Assembly (NCBI RefSeq): GCF_902652985.1
Contig: NC_047026.1
Span: 11,284,001-11,348,000 of the forward strand
Origin: Pecten maximus
Taxonomy: Eukaryota
Length of the DNA: 64,000 nt
Direction: 5' to 3'
The translations under genes and the position numbers were made by a program. This document shows positions 1 through 12,146 of this stretch, in pieces. The stretch's first letter is position 1. Every line of letters starts with the position of its first letter. Under the pieces are notes generated by a model that ran no database searches, was not told where the DNA came from, and saw nothing but the letters and a program-made list of their open reading frames with translations.

Positions 1-805
1 CGTTCATCAAACGATATATTTAAAAAAAAAATTGACCGCTAAATAATCATTGTATCTTTTACCATTAGCGATGTGTTATATAGTATGTGTCAATTATCGG
101 AAGCAACTCTATGAAAACAAAACTATATTAGCCAACAGAAAATCGTCATACATTGGTTTGCGGGTGTCGTCAATGAACAAAAAAAACGCTTACTCCTCCG
201 GAACGCACGGTCCTATTTCTTTATTTCTATATTGATGTTTTTAGCCGTTAGCCAGCATCCCACATATAAACTTCTATGAATATTGGCATCGGTTAAGTAT
301 ATACATGTATTTCATCATATTTTTGGAATAATTCATTATTCAAAACTTGAGAAATATATTATTTTTCTTTTAGTTAATGCATATTTCCGTCTATATTTAA
401 ACATATGTTAAGACTTTAAAATTGTCCCTGACTTTCCTTCTCGATGTTCACAATTTTACCCCTTATCTACATGTATGACTAGATTCATATTTAAAAGGTA
501 CTACTGAATTTCACTTAAATTTCGCGAACTTACCTTTCCAGACATATATTCGCAAATCCATGATTTCGCAAACGCAATCTAGTTGTGTGACATTAAATTC
601 ACGAATGATGAGCTATTAGAGTCATGGACTCGACAAGACTCCTATTTCGGTAACCGAAAGCTTGTTCGCACAAATTATCCCGAAGAATTTGAATCGACTC
701 TCCTCGAGGATTAACGCGAAAATAAATCTCACGCGAAAAATAAGTGATATACAGTATTCACATGTGTTATTTTAACAGTAGGAAAGATAGTGTGAAACAT
801 CTTAC

Positions 806-3800
806 CGTAGAGAAGTCAGCACTCATACTGAGCCCGGATGTAGAGAAGCTATCACACGCCGTGGTAGGTACACAGTCACTGGAACACATGGACTTCGTCG
901 TGGTAATGTCTGAGGAGAGAGTACTGAGGGACGAGTCCAAAGTATTGGCCGCACTCTTTAGAGCCGTGACGTCACTTATCACTTGCGCCATATTTGTGCT
1001 TATGGAATTTAGCGCTAGAGACAATCAAAATGAAACAATTGTAAAAAGAATAAATGTCCCTGCATTAGTTGAAATAGTTAATAGTTAATTATCAATAATT
1101 ATCAAAGGGGGTTTGGTCGTGTGAAAATGTCATGGTCCCTTTCACCAATGACAAGTCCATGATTGACAGTGAAATTGTATGATGTCCCTTACATCACTGG
1201 CAAGTCCTTGATTGACAGTTAAATTGTATGGTGTCCCTTACATCACTGACAAATCCTAGATTGACAATTAAATTGTATGATGCCCCTTACATCACTGACA
1301 AGTCATAGATTGACAGTTAAATTGTATGATGTCCCTTACATCGCTGACAAGTCCTTGATTGACAGTTAAATTGTATGGTGTCTCTTACATCACTGACAAA
1401 TCCTAGATTGACAATTAAATTGTATGATGCCCCTTACATCACTGACAAGTCATAGATTGACAGATAAATTGTATGGTGTCCCTTACATCACTGAAAAATC
1501 CTAGATTGACAAATAAATTGTATGATGTCCCTTACATCACTGACAAGTCCATGATTGACAATTAAATCGTATGATGCATTTTTATAGTTATTATTCTGCA
1601 TATAAATACAATGTAAATACTAAACACAACAACTAAATGTGCTGTTCGCTTACGTAGTCCATCAAAACATCTCTCCGATTGTCATGGAAATCTAGGGTTT
1701 TTCAGTGATATCAATGCTATTGATAAAAAAACCAGGATTCAGGATATCTTGAAGTGTCCATGTTGAATATTGCCATTTTCCATACAATTTTTCGAAGCCT
1801 ATATTGGTTGTCCATTACATAATCAGCCTTAATTTAAACCACATTTTTATCTTAAAAAGAAAAGAAAAAAAAAGAACGAAAGAAAAAACAAGAGATGAGA
1901 TTTGTTGTACTTACTAGTGTCCAGCGCGATCACAGAGTTGATAACCGTAGTGATATCGAGGGTCGAACTTATAGCATTGTACACCAGCGGACCAAGATCT
2001 GAGGAGTAACATAAAATATAAACAAGATCTGGGGAGTAACATATAACATAAACAAGATCTGGGGAGTAACATAAAACATAAACAAGATCTGGGTAGTAAC
2101 ATAAAACATAAACAAAATCTTGGGAGTAACATCAAATATAAACAAGATCTGGGGAGTAACATAAAATATAAACAAGATCTGGGGAGTAACATATAACATA
2201 AACAAGATCTGGGGAGTAACATATAACATAAACAAAATCTTGGGAGTAACATATAACATAAACAAAATCTTGGGAGTAACATAAACAAGATCTGTGGAGT
2301 AACATACAACATAAACAAGATCTGGGGAGTAACATACAACATAAACAAGATCTGGGGAGTAACATAAAACATAAACAAGATCTGGGGAGTAACATACAAC
2401 ATAAACAAGATCTGGGGAGTAACATAAAATATACACAAGATCTGGGGAGTAACATATAACATAAACAAGATCTGTGGAGTAACATATAACATAAACAAGA
2501 TCTGGGGAGTAACATACAACATAAACAAGATCTGGGGAGTAACATAAACAAGATCTGTGGAGTAACATACAACATAAACAAGATCTGGGGAGTAACATAC
2601 AACATAAACAAGATCTGGGGAGTAACATAAAACATAAACAAGATCTGGGGAGTAACGTAAAACATAAACAAGATCTGAGGAGTAACATAAAATATAAACA
2701 AGATCTGGGGAGTAACATACAACATAAACAAGATCTGTGGAGTAACATAAACAAGATCTGGGGAGTAACATAAAATATAAACAAGATCTGAGGAGTAACA
2801 CAAAATATAAACAAGATCTGGGGAGTAACATAAAACATAAACAAGATCTGGGGAGTAACATATAACATAAACAAGATCTGGGGAGTAACATACAACATAA
2901 ACAAGATCTGGGGAGTAACATACAACATAAACAAGATCTGGGGAGTAACATACAACATAAACAAGATCTGGGGAGTAACATACAACATAAACAAGATCTG
3001 GGGAGTAACATAAAACATAAACAAGATCTGGGGAGTAACATAAAACATAAACAAGATCTGGGGAGTAACATAAACAAGATCTGTGGAGTAACATACAACA
3101 TAAACAAGATCTGGGGAGTAACATACAACATAAACAAGATCTGGGGAGTAACATAAAACATAAACAAGATCTGGGGAGTAACGTAAAACATAAACAAGAT
3201 CTGAGGAGTAACATAAAATATAAACAAGATCTGGGGAGTAACATACAACATAAACAAGATCTGTGGAGTAACATAAACAAGATCTGGGGAGTAACATAAA
3301 ATATAAACAAGATCTGAGGAGTAACACAAAATATAAACAAGATCTGGGGAGTAACATAAAACATAAACAAGATCTGGGGAGTAACATATAACATAAACAA
3401 GATCTGGGGAGTAACATACAACATAAACAAGATCTGGGGAGTAACATACAACATAAACAAGATCTGGGGAGTAACATACAACATAAACAAGATCTGGGGA
3501 GTAACATACAACATAAACAAGATCTGGGGAGTAACATAAAACATAAACAAGATCTGGGGAGTAACATAAACAAGATCTGGGAAGTAACATAAAACATAAA
3601 CAAGATCTGGGGAGTAACATATAACATAAACAAGATCTTGGGAGTAACATAAACAAGATCTAGGGAGTAACATAAACAAGATCTGGGAAGTAACATAAAA
3701 CATAAACAAGATCTGGGTAGTAACATACAACATAAACAAGATCTGGGGAGTAACATACAACATAAACAAGATCTGGGGAGTAACATACAACATAAACAAG

Positions 3801-6800
3801 ATCTGGGGAGTAACATACAACATAAACAAGATCTGGGGAGTAACATACAACATAAACAAGATCTGGGGAGTAACATAAAATATAAACAAGATCTGGGTAG
3901 TAACATACAACATAAACAAGATCTGGGGAGTAACATAAAATATAAACAAGATCTGGGTAGTAACATACAACATAAACAAGATCTGGGGAGTAACATACAA
4001 CATAAACAAGATCTGGGGAGTAACATATAACATAAACAAGATCTGGGGAGTAACATACAACATAAACAAGATCTGAGGAGTAACATAAAACATAAACAAG
4101 ATCTGGGGAGTAACATAAAACATAAACAAGATCTGGGTAGTAACATACAACATAAACAAGATCTGGGGAGTAACATAAAACATAAACAAGATCTGGGGAG
4201 TAACATAAACAAGATCTGGGGAGTAACATACAACATAAACAAGATCTGGGGAGTAACATAAAACATAAACAAGATCTGGGGAGTAACAAAAAACATGAAC
4301 AAGATCTGGGGAGTAACATAAAATATAAACATGAAGCTCTATCAAAGATACAAACGACTCGTTCAATGCTGTCTATATATGTTCATAATATATTCATAAT
4401 ATATTTCATAACTAACATTTTTTTTCTACCGGAGGCGTGTATGATGTAAGAAGATAATGCATACATAGCATTGGGTGGGAAACTTTAAAAGATACATAAT
4501 GTTATATTAACTCCAGGAATAAAATATTATACTGTATATGTAAAAAAGCATTCAATATCAGCATCCCAAATCATAGGCTGAAAACTTTGCTACAGTGTGT
4601 AATAACAAATTATCAAAACATTCTAAAATTAGCATATGATATGTACATTCAGTACATATGTTATACGTATATGTAACCCCTACTCACTAACCTCCTATAT
4701 CCGAGATGACAGCACGGCTAACGATGTCATACATGTCCAATGCGATATAAGAAAATTCCTGAAACATTAACAAAATATTGTTTTCGGTATGGTATTATTA
4801 GGATGTGTCAGGAATTTACTCTTTAAAAAGGTCACATTAAGTATTTGTAGAATTGTTTTATTAATTTTTTGAATATGTTTATATATACACAAAAATGCGT
4901 AATTATATGACATTGTAACATAATTCAAAGGGAGAGCATTGCTTCCATTTATGATGATATAATGGCAGATTTGTCATTTGGTTAAATAATAATTAAGTGT
5001 GGTTCAAACAAAATCTTCACATCGAATGGGGGATAACTCCCACTCACGCTGGCCGAGTTGTTGACGTAAGATGATAAATCGTCTAAGTTATCAGCGATGG
5101 TGACATCAGCGTAGTCCAGTGCCTTGGTAAATCGGTCGTTAGTGGAATACACACAAGCTGCAGAAGCCCTGCAAAAGATAATCAAGTTATACAGTACACA
5201 ATTCACTAGGAAACCGTCACAAAATCACCGGGAAAAAACACCGGGAAACAATCACAAAATCACCGGAAAAACACTACAAAAACACCGGGAAGCCGTCTCA
5301 AAATCACCGCCCGGGAAACCGTAAAAAAAGCCACCGGGAAAACCATCACAAAAACACAGGCCAACCATCACAAAATCACCAGCAAGCTGTCAAAAAAAGG
5401 CAATGCAACATTATGTCGTCAACAAGGCATAGTGTCGTTAATAGGATATGAAGCACTCATAAAATGCTACCTCACAAGAAAAAGATTTCCAACCGAACGA
5501 CAGACCTACGTTTGAATACTTACAATAAACAAATCGAGAGAAGAAACAGCGCCTGCGCAAAACCCATTCTCTTACAGCCCTCATTTTCGTCGTAAATCTG
5601 GAATAATTGAGAAACATAAATTGATAGATAGTTTAGACGTTACCTATCAATATGTTTTACTTTTCTGGATTAATATTTTCTCAGTAACCCTCATCATACG
5701 AGGATCTATAAAGAGACTGTGTCCCAATCTTACCATATATCATAAGGTTATAATTCTCATAATAATTATCATAACGTATTCATTTTACCAAAAAATATTG
5801 TCGAGAATGAATGCCGAGTAAGAGTTGCCTATAAGGCATAATGTGTTTAAACTCAGTTTCTACACTTTGTGTATATATTGAATATAGATCAAATGTTATA
5901 TAGATACGAGTTTATACATCTGAAATTTCACAATACCTGTTTCAGATCGCCACCGCAATTACCACAACACCGACAGCAGCAGAAACAGCATCCACAGAGC
6001 GGCATGAAGATAACGTAGAGGAGTCCGAGTACAAAACAGATACCAAACCCCATAGCGTAGTTTACCAGCTGAGGAGAGAGGAAACACGGGTTCTGTCTAT
6101 GATTTGCTTTCTTAATAATTTATAAGAACAGGAATCAAGGGATATACAAATATAGCTAGGAAATAGAGAGGATCGCACAGTGCAAAACATGCAGAACAGC
6201 TACTTTGATCGGTCATGTTCAAACCACGGACACGTCAATCCAAAATTTTGCAGGGGGTTCACATAAGTCGCCTCTTACGCACACGCTGTTGTTACATCAG
6301 GTATATTCCACTGAGTGATTATACACTTCTGATGGATACTTGTTTATTTGGGACCGCAATTTGCTTATACATGTATGTTGTTGTTTTTATTTATTTATTT
6401 TTTGTTTTTGTTTTTGTTTTTTTGTTAATCTAGTTAATTTTAGTTCTTTGTTTTCCTACATAATATACTAACGTTAAGCAAGCTTTACTTCCGGTTTTAA
6501 CAATTTTATCAAAATGGTTTATAATTTGCATTTCATTTTACTCACCTCCATATAGCGTTCTCCAATATCAAAGTTGTTATTTAAAACATCTTTGATCAGA
6601 CCTGCGAAAAATGAAGTTTTGATAGAAATTGTTCCAATAGAATCATTATACCATGCCATCACGCGTACCAAAAATGAAGCAAATGAATCGATATCATGCT
6701 TCGTACTTTTAACCTATTACATTAGATATGATAACATGTAAATATAAGTTGTTTTATTAAAATGTGGACATATATTTTGCTACATCAGAAATAAAATCGC

Positions 6801-7711
6801 AAAAAAAGCGTACTATCGAAGTTGTGTTTCATTTTAGGATTAACTTGAATTCATTTTTATATTACGGAAATATGACACATACAAAAACGGAGATTACTCT
6901 AAATAAACAACATATTCAAGTGTATCCTTATAATTTAATTTACTATACACATTCCCTATACAATCCACTTTAATCATTGAACTCTTTTCTCTTAGATATT
7001 ATTACGCCCGTTGTATCAATCAATCAAAAGCGACGTTACAAACGCCGACGTCACTTTTACGTTATGGGCTGATGGCATAAATGTTTTAAGCCAATGAAAA
7101 TGCTTGTTACAAACAAACTTGACTTATCAACTATAAACTACTGTGTAATGTTACGCCAGACACATGATCCCAATACAGATAATGGATACTTTATCTCAGA
7201 GAAAGCATACCTATTTTAATCATTCTTTACCATAATAATGTCAGAAATGTTATTAAAAGAATATAAATTTCAACAACGCCTAATAATGGAATCATTTATA
7301 TATAGCTGTTTAAATGAGAACGAAGAAAACCAAACAAAATCTCAAAATCAATTTCGAAAAAAAACAAACATTTTTTTTCAATTTAAAGCATTTTCATTTC
7401 TTAAACAATATCAATTCCTATCCCTGTGTAACATTTCGATAACACTTACTAAACGGGAAATCATTTGGTTGAACTGTGTTGATAAAACTTCTGGTGAAGG
7501 CAAATAGCAAGCCGAGTCCGTCATCTGAGTAGGAGTTGACGGTCTTGTAGGCGATGCCCGTGGGTGGTGATCCCCACGTGACTGTCCCGTTCCCCCAGGC
7601 CGTGTTCCCGTAGGTATCTGAGATAGTTGCTGCCGACACCACACCAACCCCTGTAGCGGATACCAGCACCAGGAGGCACCCCAGCCACATACAGTCCAAT
7701 CTCGCCACCAT
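806..7711 (-). CDS. PROM1: Prominin (CD133)-family membrane glycoprotein, N-terminal part; gene continues beyond the left window edge
   Basis: Phase-consistent GT-AG exons 7711-7450, 6601-6546, 6068-5937, 5597-5524, 5168-5048, 4758-4692, 1998-1915, 1014-806. The protein has a signal peptide (MVARLDCMWLGCLLVLVSA...), TM1 followed by the prominin Cys-rich motif (FMPLCGCCFCCCRCCGNCGG), TM2 (GCKRMGFAQALFLLSICLLASAACVYSTN) and a heptad-like extracellular loop with CSSDCVPTTAC. Confidence 0.92.
1133..1575. repeat. 49-bp minisatellite, ~9 copies, in a prominin intron
   Basis: Unit GATTGACAGTTAAATTGTATGATGTCCCTTACATCACTGACAAGTCCTT recurs at 1161, 1210, 1259 and onward. Confidence 0.95.
1993..4331. 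repeat. 30-bp satellite (with 23-bp deletion variants), ~80 copies, abutting the acceptor of prominin exon 7
   Basis: Unit AACAAGATCTGGGGAGTAACATAAAACATA; accounts for the 580-787 aa repetitive minus-strand ORFs. Confidence 0.98.
5205..5395. repeat. Degenerate short tandem repeat (CACCGGGAAA...CACAAAAT)
   Basis: About 8 imperfect recurrences of caccgggaaa/cacaaaa in a prominin intron. Confidence 0.7.
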
Positions 7712-9384
7712 GTTTTAAAATGTGTCAAGTAAGAAACATTTTTACATGGTTTTGAAACAATAAAACACGTTCCCTTCCTAAAAGAATGTCAGTATATCAG
7801 AATCCTCAGTGAGTTCACACTGTAAACACAAATGCAGTCGAAATCTTTATCCCGCCGTATACGTTTGGAGGAATATTTCAAACGGTATTCAAACACATAT
7901 TTGTTTTACATACGTAATTTAGTCCGCTCTTGTCCTTGTTAAATGTCACAATATAATTATATCTATATACCAATCTATTATAACAATAAATGATAAATAA
8001 TTTCTCTCTAAGTATCCAATACTGGTATTTAGTTTAGGTCACTGGAATAACGGGTAAGTATAAGGAGGTACAAGAGAGGATAGATTATGTGTTTATGAAA
8101 TAAAAAGACAAATCATAATTGTAAAATATTTAATAAGATTATCATGACGCGACTTTCGTTCCCCATACAGTGCCTCTTGCTTAATCTCCTTTTACACAGG
8201 ACAAGTAAAATTGGGTTAGACCTTGTACAAACAAAAAATAGTCGCTGTGAAATAATCCGGATTAGAGTTGCTTTTATTGTTATATTTAAATACATGTCAT
8301 GCCCTTTGATCAATTCGTATGTTGAAAAACTAGTTTAATCTAGATTATATCTGTTATTGTAGGCGAATAGCTCTTCCATATAAAATACTTTCTTATTATA
8401 TTTTACACAACAATGGGGTATACAATATTAGTGTAATGGCAATGTTGATAATTATCAAGGATACTACCAGGTCAGAAATCCTATTAATTATTACTATTTA
8501 ATTATTTCTTTTTCAGTTCTGTACCAGCTGCTGATTGGTCAGCATCGGGTCACATGTTATTCTATTCAATATCGAGTTGCAATCTGTGACAGTGATAAAA
8601 CATCGTATTGCACGCTCATACTTATGTTCTGTGACGTCACACAATTTCAGCCAATAATTTTGTTGCATACATTCCCGCCAATTTGCGCGACATGCCATTC
8701 AATCTGCCTCAAAACACCGGTTTACTCCTTCCTCTCATCCCCCTACCTCACTGCTGGACCAACTAATAACTATTGTATTATTACTAATGGCCGCCAATGC
8801 AAGTCGACTGTTGCCAAATTATGTTATGCAGTAGGTGAAACACTTTGCTGACATCTTCACAAGCATGGCTACACAGGCCAATGCAAGCTAAGAAAGAATT
8901 GACGATATTTTTATAATGGGAATACAACCAGCATTCTAAATTTGAAAATGGAATAAGGATCATGATAATAATTATGTATTCGTCATTAATATCACATTGT
9001 ATGAGACCAATTCCTCATTTTTCTGAAAGTAACGGGAAATGCTGAAAATATGTCTGGGACAACAAATACATAAAATGTACAATTACATGTATATATATAT
9101 TAAAAGTATGTTTTATCTACTCTTTATTTCCAGACATTCCTTTCCACTTTGTAATATAACACTGCCAATTCGGAGGGATGACGTGCTTGGAAACATAGCC
9201 GTGATTTAGAAGTCCCGCGCTGAACGTCTCACCCAAGTAATTATTTTACTGCATGTTTTAACTAGTGACAGCACATTTAAAGACAAATTATATGAAATGA
9301 TATCAAATCAAAGTTTAAAGTTTCGCTACTCAAAAAAAATGGTGGCATTGGAAGGATTTATCTAAGAAATAATTAACGATGATT

Positions 9385-9530
9385 CGTGTATTGTTGCAGG
9401 ATATACAACAAGTACGAGGATATTTTGCAATTCAATTAATAACGAAGGCCGCAGGCCTGAGTTATTAATTAAAATTGCAAAATATCCGAGTCCGAGTATA
9501 AAATTGCGAAATATCCTGCAACAATACACA
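9385..9530. repeat. Long imperfect palindrome (hairpin), probably part of a non-autonomous transposon
   Basis: TGTATTGTTGCAGGATAT pairs with ATATCCTGCAACAATACA; inner arms GGATATTTTGCAATT..AATTAATAAC and GTTATTAATT..AATTGCAAAATATCC surround an AGGCCGCAGGCCT core. Confidence 0.75.
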
Positions 9531-12146
9531 AGTCAAAGTTGATTATTTCTATTCTACCATGTACTGTTTAGTTCTGATATCTACCTCTTCCTAATAGAAA
9601 AATGGCAACGAAACCCATGCGGCATGTTTTTTCTCCCTTTTTCTTTAATCATAATGCCTTACTATTCATTCCCATAAAGATGTATAGGAAGTACCCATTT
9701 CATTTCTTACTCAAGACAATAACTATATGTATACAAATGTCAGAAACACATTTTCTTTAAGGCTTGGTTCAGACGAAACACTAGCTGATAGTTTTGTGAG
9801 ACTTAAACCTTTGTTACATTAAGTATTTCTCGAGTATTCCTCAATATTTCGGATTACTCCATAATACTTTTAATAATTTGTACCAAACACATTACCGAAC
9901 TCATTAAAATTATAAAAAGACAAAGTTGTATTATCAATATAAAGACACAAATATTAACAACCATTTTTTTTAACCGGGCATATTTTTTTTATTTTCAAAT
10001 TAAATTGATTGTATATGCACGTCAACTGATAGTGTATACCCCCACCCCACCCCCACTCCGTTAATGATACTTTTTTTTCTTTCTTTAACTTTAAAACTAA
10101 ACTGTTATCTAATAGTTACATTACGTTGTATATTCAGGACGGGAATACAGAGTTCCCTATACCGATAACATTATCTGTCCTTTCTTTTGTACCCACAGTA
10201 ACCATAAATAGGACCCTCATTCAAATCAGATGTCATTCTGTGATTTATGAGGTATCGAGATAACAGCAGGTGTTACCTGTACCGTGTGAAAAACACATAA
10301 CTATTTCAAAACTAGAACTAAGCCAGATGATATGACACGTTTCCGGAATACCGTAGTCCTTATCAAAGACTATCTGTTTCTTTTCTTCGTAAGAATGTTA
10401 CAATATCAATACAATTTCGAATTTACGTAAAATTCTAAAGAGGATATATTTCCACGAAGAGTTTTACGACAGCTTTTTGTTGGATTATACATTTTATTAT
10501 TCAGTGGAGTCATAGACGTTTTCAAAAAGTCGTAATACCTCACAGAGTGGGTTTTCTAACCGGTTTAACATTGTTAATTAGACCCTTTTTGTCATTACTG
10601 GAATCGGAAGATCACTATTTCTCATTACAACGCTTACAATTTTATTTTACAGGATTTATTGAATTTTTTTGCTTCTGAACTCTGAAGTCTGAACTCTCAA
10701 AATGTATAGCATTTTTATCATACGACTCATTGTTCCCTTCTATATTTTGCATTAAAATGACTGCCCAACGGATCTCGGAAAAGTGACAACTCCGCCAGTT
10801 TCTAGTTAGGAATAGTTGGCTTGAAATTCCCCAACCTTTCATAATAGGACCTATCAATTGGTCATTTTACCTAGACCTTCATTTATTGTTATTTATGCAG
10901 TCTCTATGACCTTGAGGTTAGGTCCAGGTCTCTCCATCAGACACACTACGGACACAATAATGATGTCCCGGAGTCCGGCGGTCATTCCAAGGAAGATTGC
11001 TTAGTTTATGTTCATTATTGATTAAAAATCAATGTATCAAAATTAATGTCGAAAATTATTTCTTTTGATCAATTGATATTTGATACTGATTTGAACATAA
11101 GCCAATATCATTCATTTGAATAAAACTACCATTTGTCCATTCTGCTTTTGACGCACAGTACTGACTACTAGTTGAATTTGCCAAATGCTACAGACCACGA
11201 AATATCATACACACATTGATTCAAAATAAAACTATGATAAAAGTGATCTGCCTCTTATCTGATTGTCTGGTTCGCCTGTTTGCATGTGTTATTTTACTTG
11301 CTGACTATCTGTATTGACAACTGGTCAAAATAAAAACAAAATAAACAAAAAACAAAAAATGAGTCAAGATTAACCTCATACAATAAAAAAGATTTAGCGG
11401 AGACAAGATGTACAAATGTACTTATTGCTCCTTGTTACATGTTTAATATATATGAGTGTAGAGGATTTCATTGCAAACCTACAGCAATTAACATCAATAT
11501 ATATCATTAATTGAAAATATAATTCATTTGCATCAACAGGTATAATAAAATCTTATCTAATTCTCTTTAGATAGTAATAACCCATAACAATGTACAAACC
11601 AAGCAGAGAAATCCTCATTGTCAAGCATGTTGCTCCCAGTCGTTTTCCATTGTTCTGTTTTTGTCAATCCTTGGGGTGACTAGGTACACCATCAAACGCT
11701 CGACTCTTCTATGAAATTTGAGTTGTGTCTTTGTTTTAAAATCATTGTCTTTCTATCGGCATCTACAATTTCCGTTTACTCACCTGACTAACCTGTGTTC
11801 TTGTTTCGTCCACAATACATGCCGTTCTCTATGATCCTATGTCTCTAACATTACCAATTGTCCCAGTGCCTGTAACATACTGGTATATTTAAAGAACAAC
11901 AGTTTCAGACAGGACATGTAGATATCCCCCAAAGAATTATAAAATTATATAATTATATAAAGCTTATTGTCTGATATCAAAACATATTTTTATACCATAC
12001 TTACAAATGTTGATTTTCAGTACTCTGGTGAAAATTTCTTTCTTTGGAAAAGCCAAAGAATATTCTAATAAATACATTATTTTGCTTCAATTCATTTAAC
12101 AGTTAACTTTGAATTGACATCAATCGGAGCTAAAACATCTATCAAT

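Noticed and set aside
1914-4366. 580-787 aa minus-strand ORFs (MLLPRSCLC / YSPDLVYV / VTPQILFM repeats)
   Set aside because: Translations of a nearly stop-free 30-bp satellite in all three frames inside a prominin intron; not genes.
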